Shown here: piece by piece, positions 45,985 to 46,260 of the stretch
Layout of the letters: each line of letters starts with the position of its first letter
Position numbering within the stretch: the first letter of the stretch is position 1
Assembly: GCA_021808995.1 (NCBI GenBank)
Contig: JAKBAP010000001.1
Span: forward strand, 1 to 46,260
Reading direction: 5' to 3'
Source of the DNA: Planctomycetota bacterium
GTDB lineage: Bacteria > Planctomycetota > Planctomycetia > Isosphaerales > Isosphaeraceae
Length of the DNA stretch: 46,260 bases
Notes under the pieces: model-generated
The model's input: the letters and a program-made list of their open reading frames with translations, nothing else
What the model was told of the DNA's origin: nothing
Database searches by the model: none
Position numbers and translations under genes: made by a program

Positions 45985-46260
45985 GCTGGTCTCTCCCCGG
46001 CGGGTCGCGTGGAGGGCGTCGCCCGAGTCGAGTGGATTCGGGACAAAGGGCGCGAGCACGACTCGCCAGCCTCATTATGCAAGTGGAGACGTCGAGTTCT
46101 CAAGCCATCGCGAGTCAGGGTCGCCGACGGTAAAGGATCCGCGAAAAACAAATTGATCAATTATCACTGTCTGGGTCCACGCGTCGAAGCGGGGCGTTGT
46201 CCGTGCCCACCTGGGAGCGCGGTCGCCAGATACCGTCAAAGCTCCGGCTCCATCCATTTT

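Noticed and set aside
46075-46257. 60-aa minus-strand ORF at the right edge (frame open to the window end)
   Set aside because: Third-position GC is only moderate, unlike real genes here, and it lies in what should be the promoter region of the 44458..45984 gene. It could still be the tail of an atypical or foreign gene, but that cannot be judged without sequence beyond the edge.
1-46260. CRISPR arrays, rRNA, tmRNA/RNase P-like RNAs, IS elements and long tandem DNA repeats
   Set aside because: Reading all intergenic gaps longer than 150 nt, I saw no regularly spaced direct repeats, no terminal inverted repeats flanking a transposase-like ORF, and no conserved RNA signatures other than tRNA-Ser. 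This is a visual scan only, so covariance-model searches would be needed to exclude small RNAs.

Overview
This is a 46.3-kb, visibly GC-rich bacterial chromosomal segment (about two-thirds G+C by eye, with strong G/C preference at codon position 3). Gene content points to Planctomycetota: a PSCyt / DUF1549-DUF1553 / DUF1501 triad and many Tat- or signal-peptide hypothetical proteins with Arg-rich N-termini. A finer taxonomic guess would be speculation. I call about 38 protein genes, one tRNA-Ser(GCU), several decayed or disrupted ORFs, one intrinsic terminator and a few promoter candidates. The housekeeping backbone is rtcB, a UvrA-family ATPase, queC, an rpmA-obg-coaX-nudix string, hrpB, accD and lexA-rnhA. 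I saw no CRISPR array, transposase, integrase, phage module or rRNA. Many long ORFs in the supplied track are antisense shadows typical of high-GC DNA, and I rejected them. The best candidate for something undescribed lies at 31.1-38.2 kb. There a TolC-family outer-membrane factor heads a tightly spaced minus-strand string of three tandem paralogs of an unrecognisable protein family, followed by a truncated MnmE-like GTPase. This string is transcribed divergently from two tandem paralogs of a small Tat-exported protein. The three paralogs, plus a cyclophilin/Ig-like multidomain protein 5 kb away, share an N-terminal motif: an Arg-rich stretch followed by LE-x-LE-x-R-x-L. None of the four has a hydrophobic signal-peptide core, which suggests a non-classical sorting or pro-peptide signal. 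Other points worth a look: a 1.6-kb lower-GC patch with one frameshift and two in-frame stops; a histidine-phosphatase homolog lacking both catalytic histidines; a short UvrA paralog with degenerate ABC signatures; a receptor Ser/Thr kinase with an internally duplicated ectodomain behind a near-consensus sigma70 promoter; and a lexA upstream region with no recognisable known LexA box.
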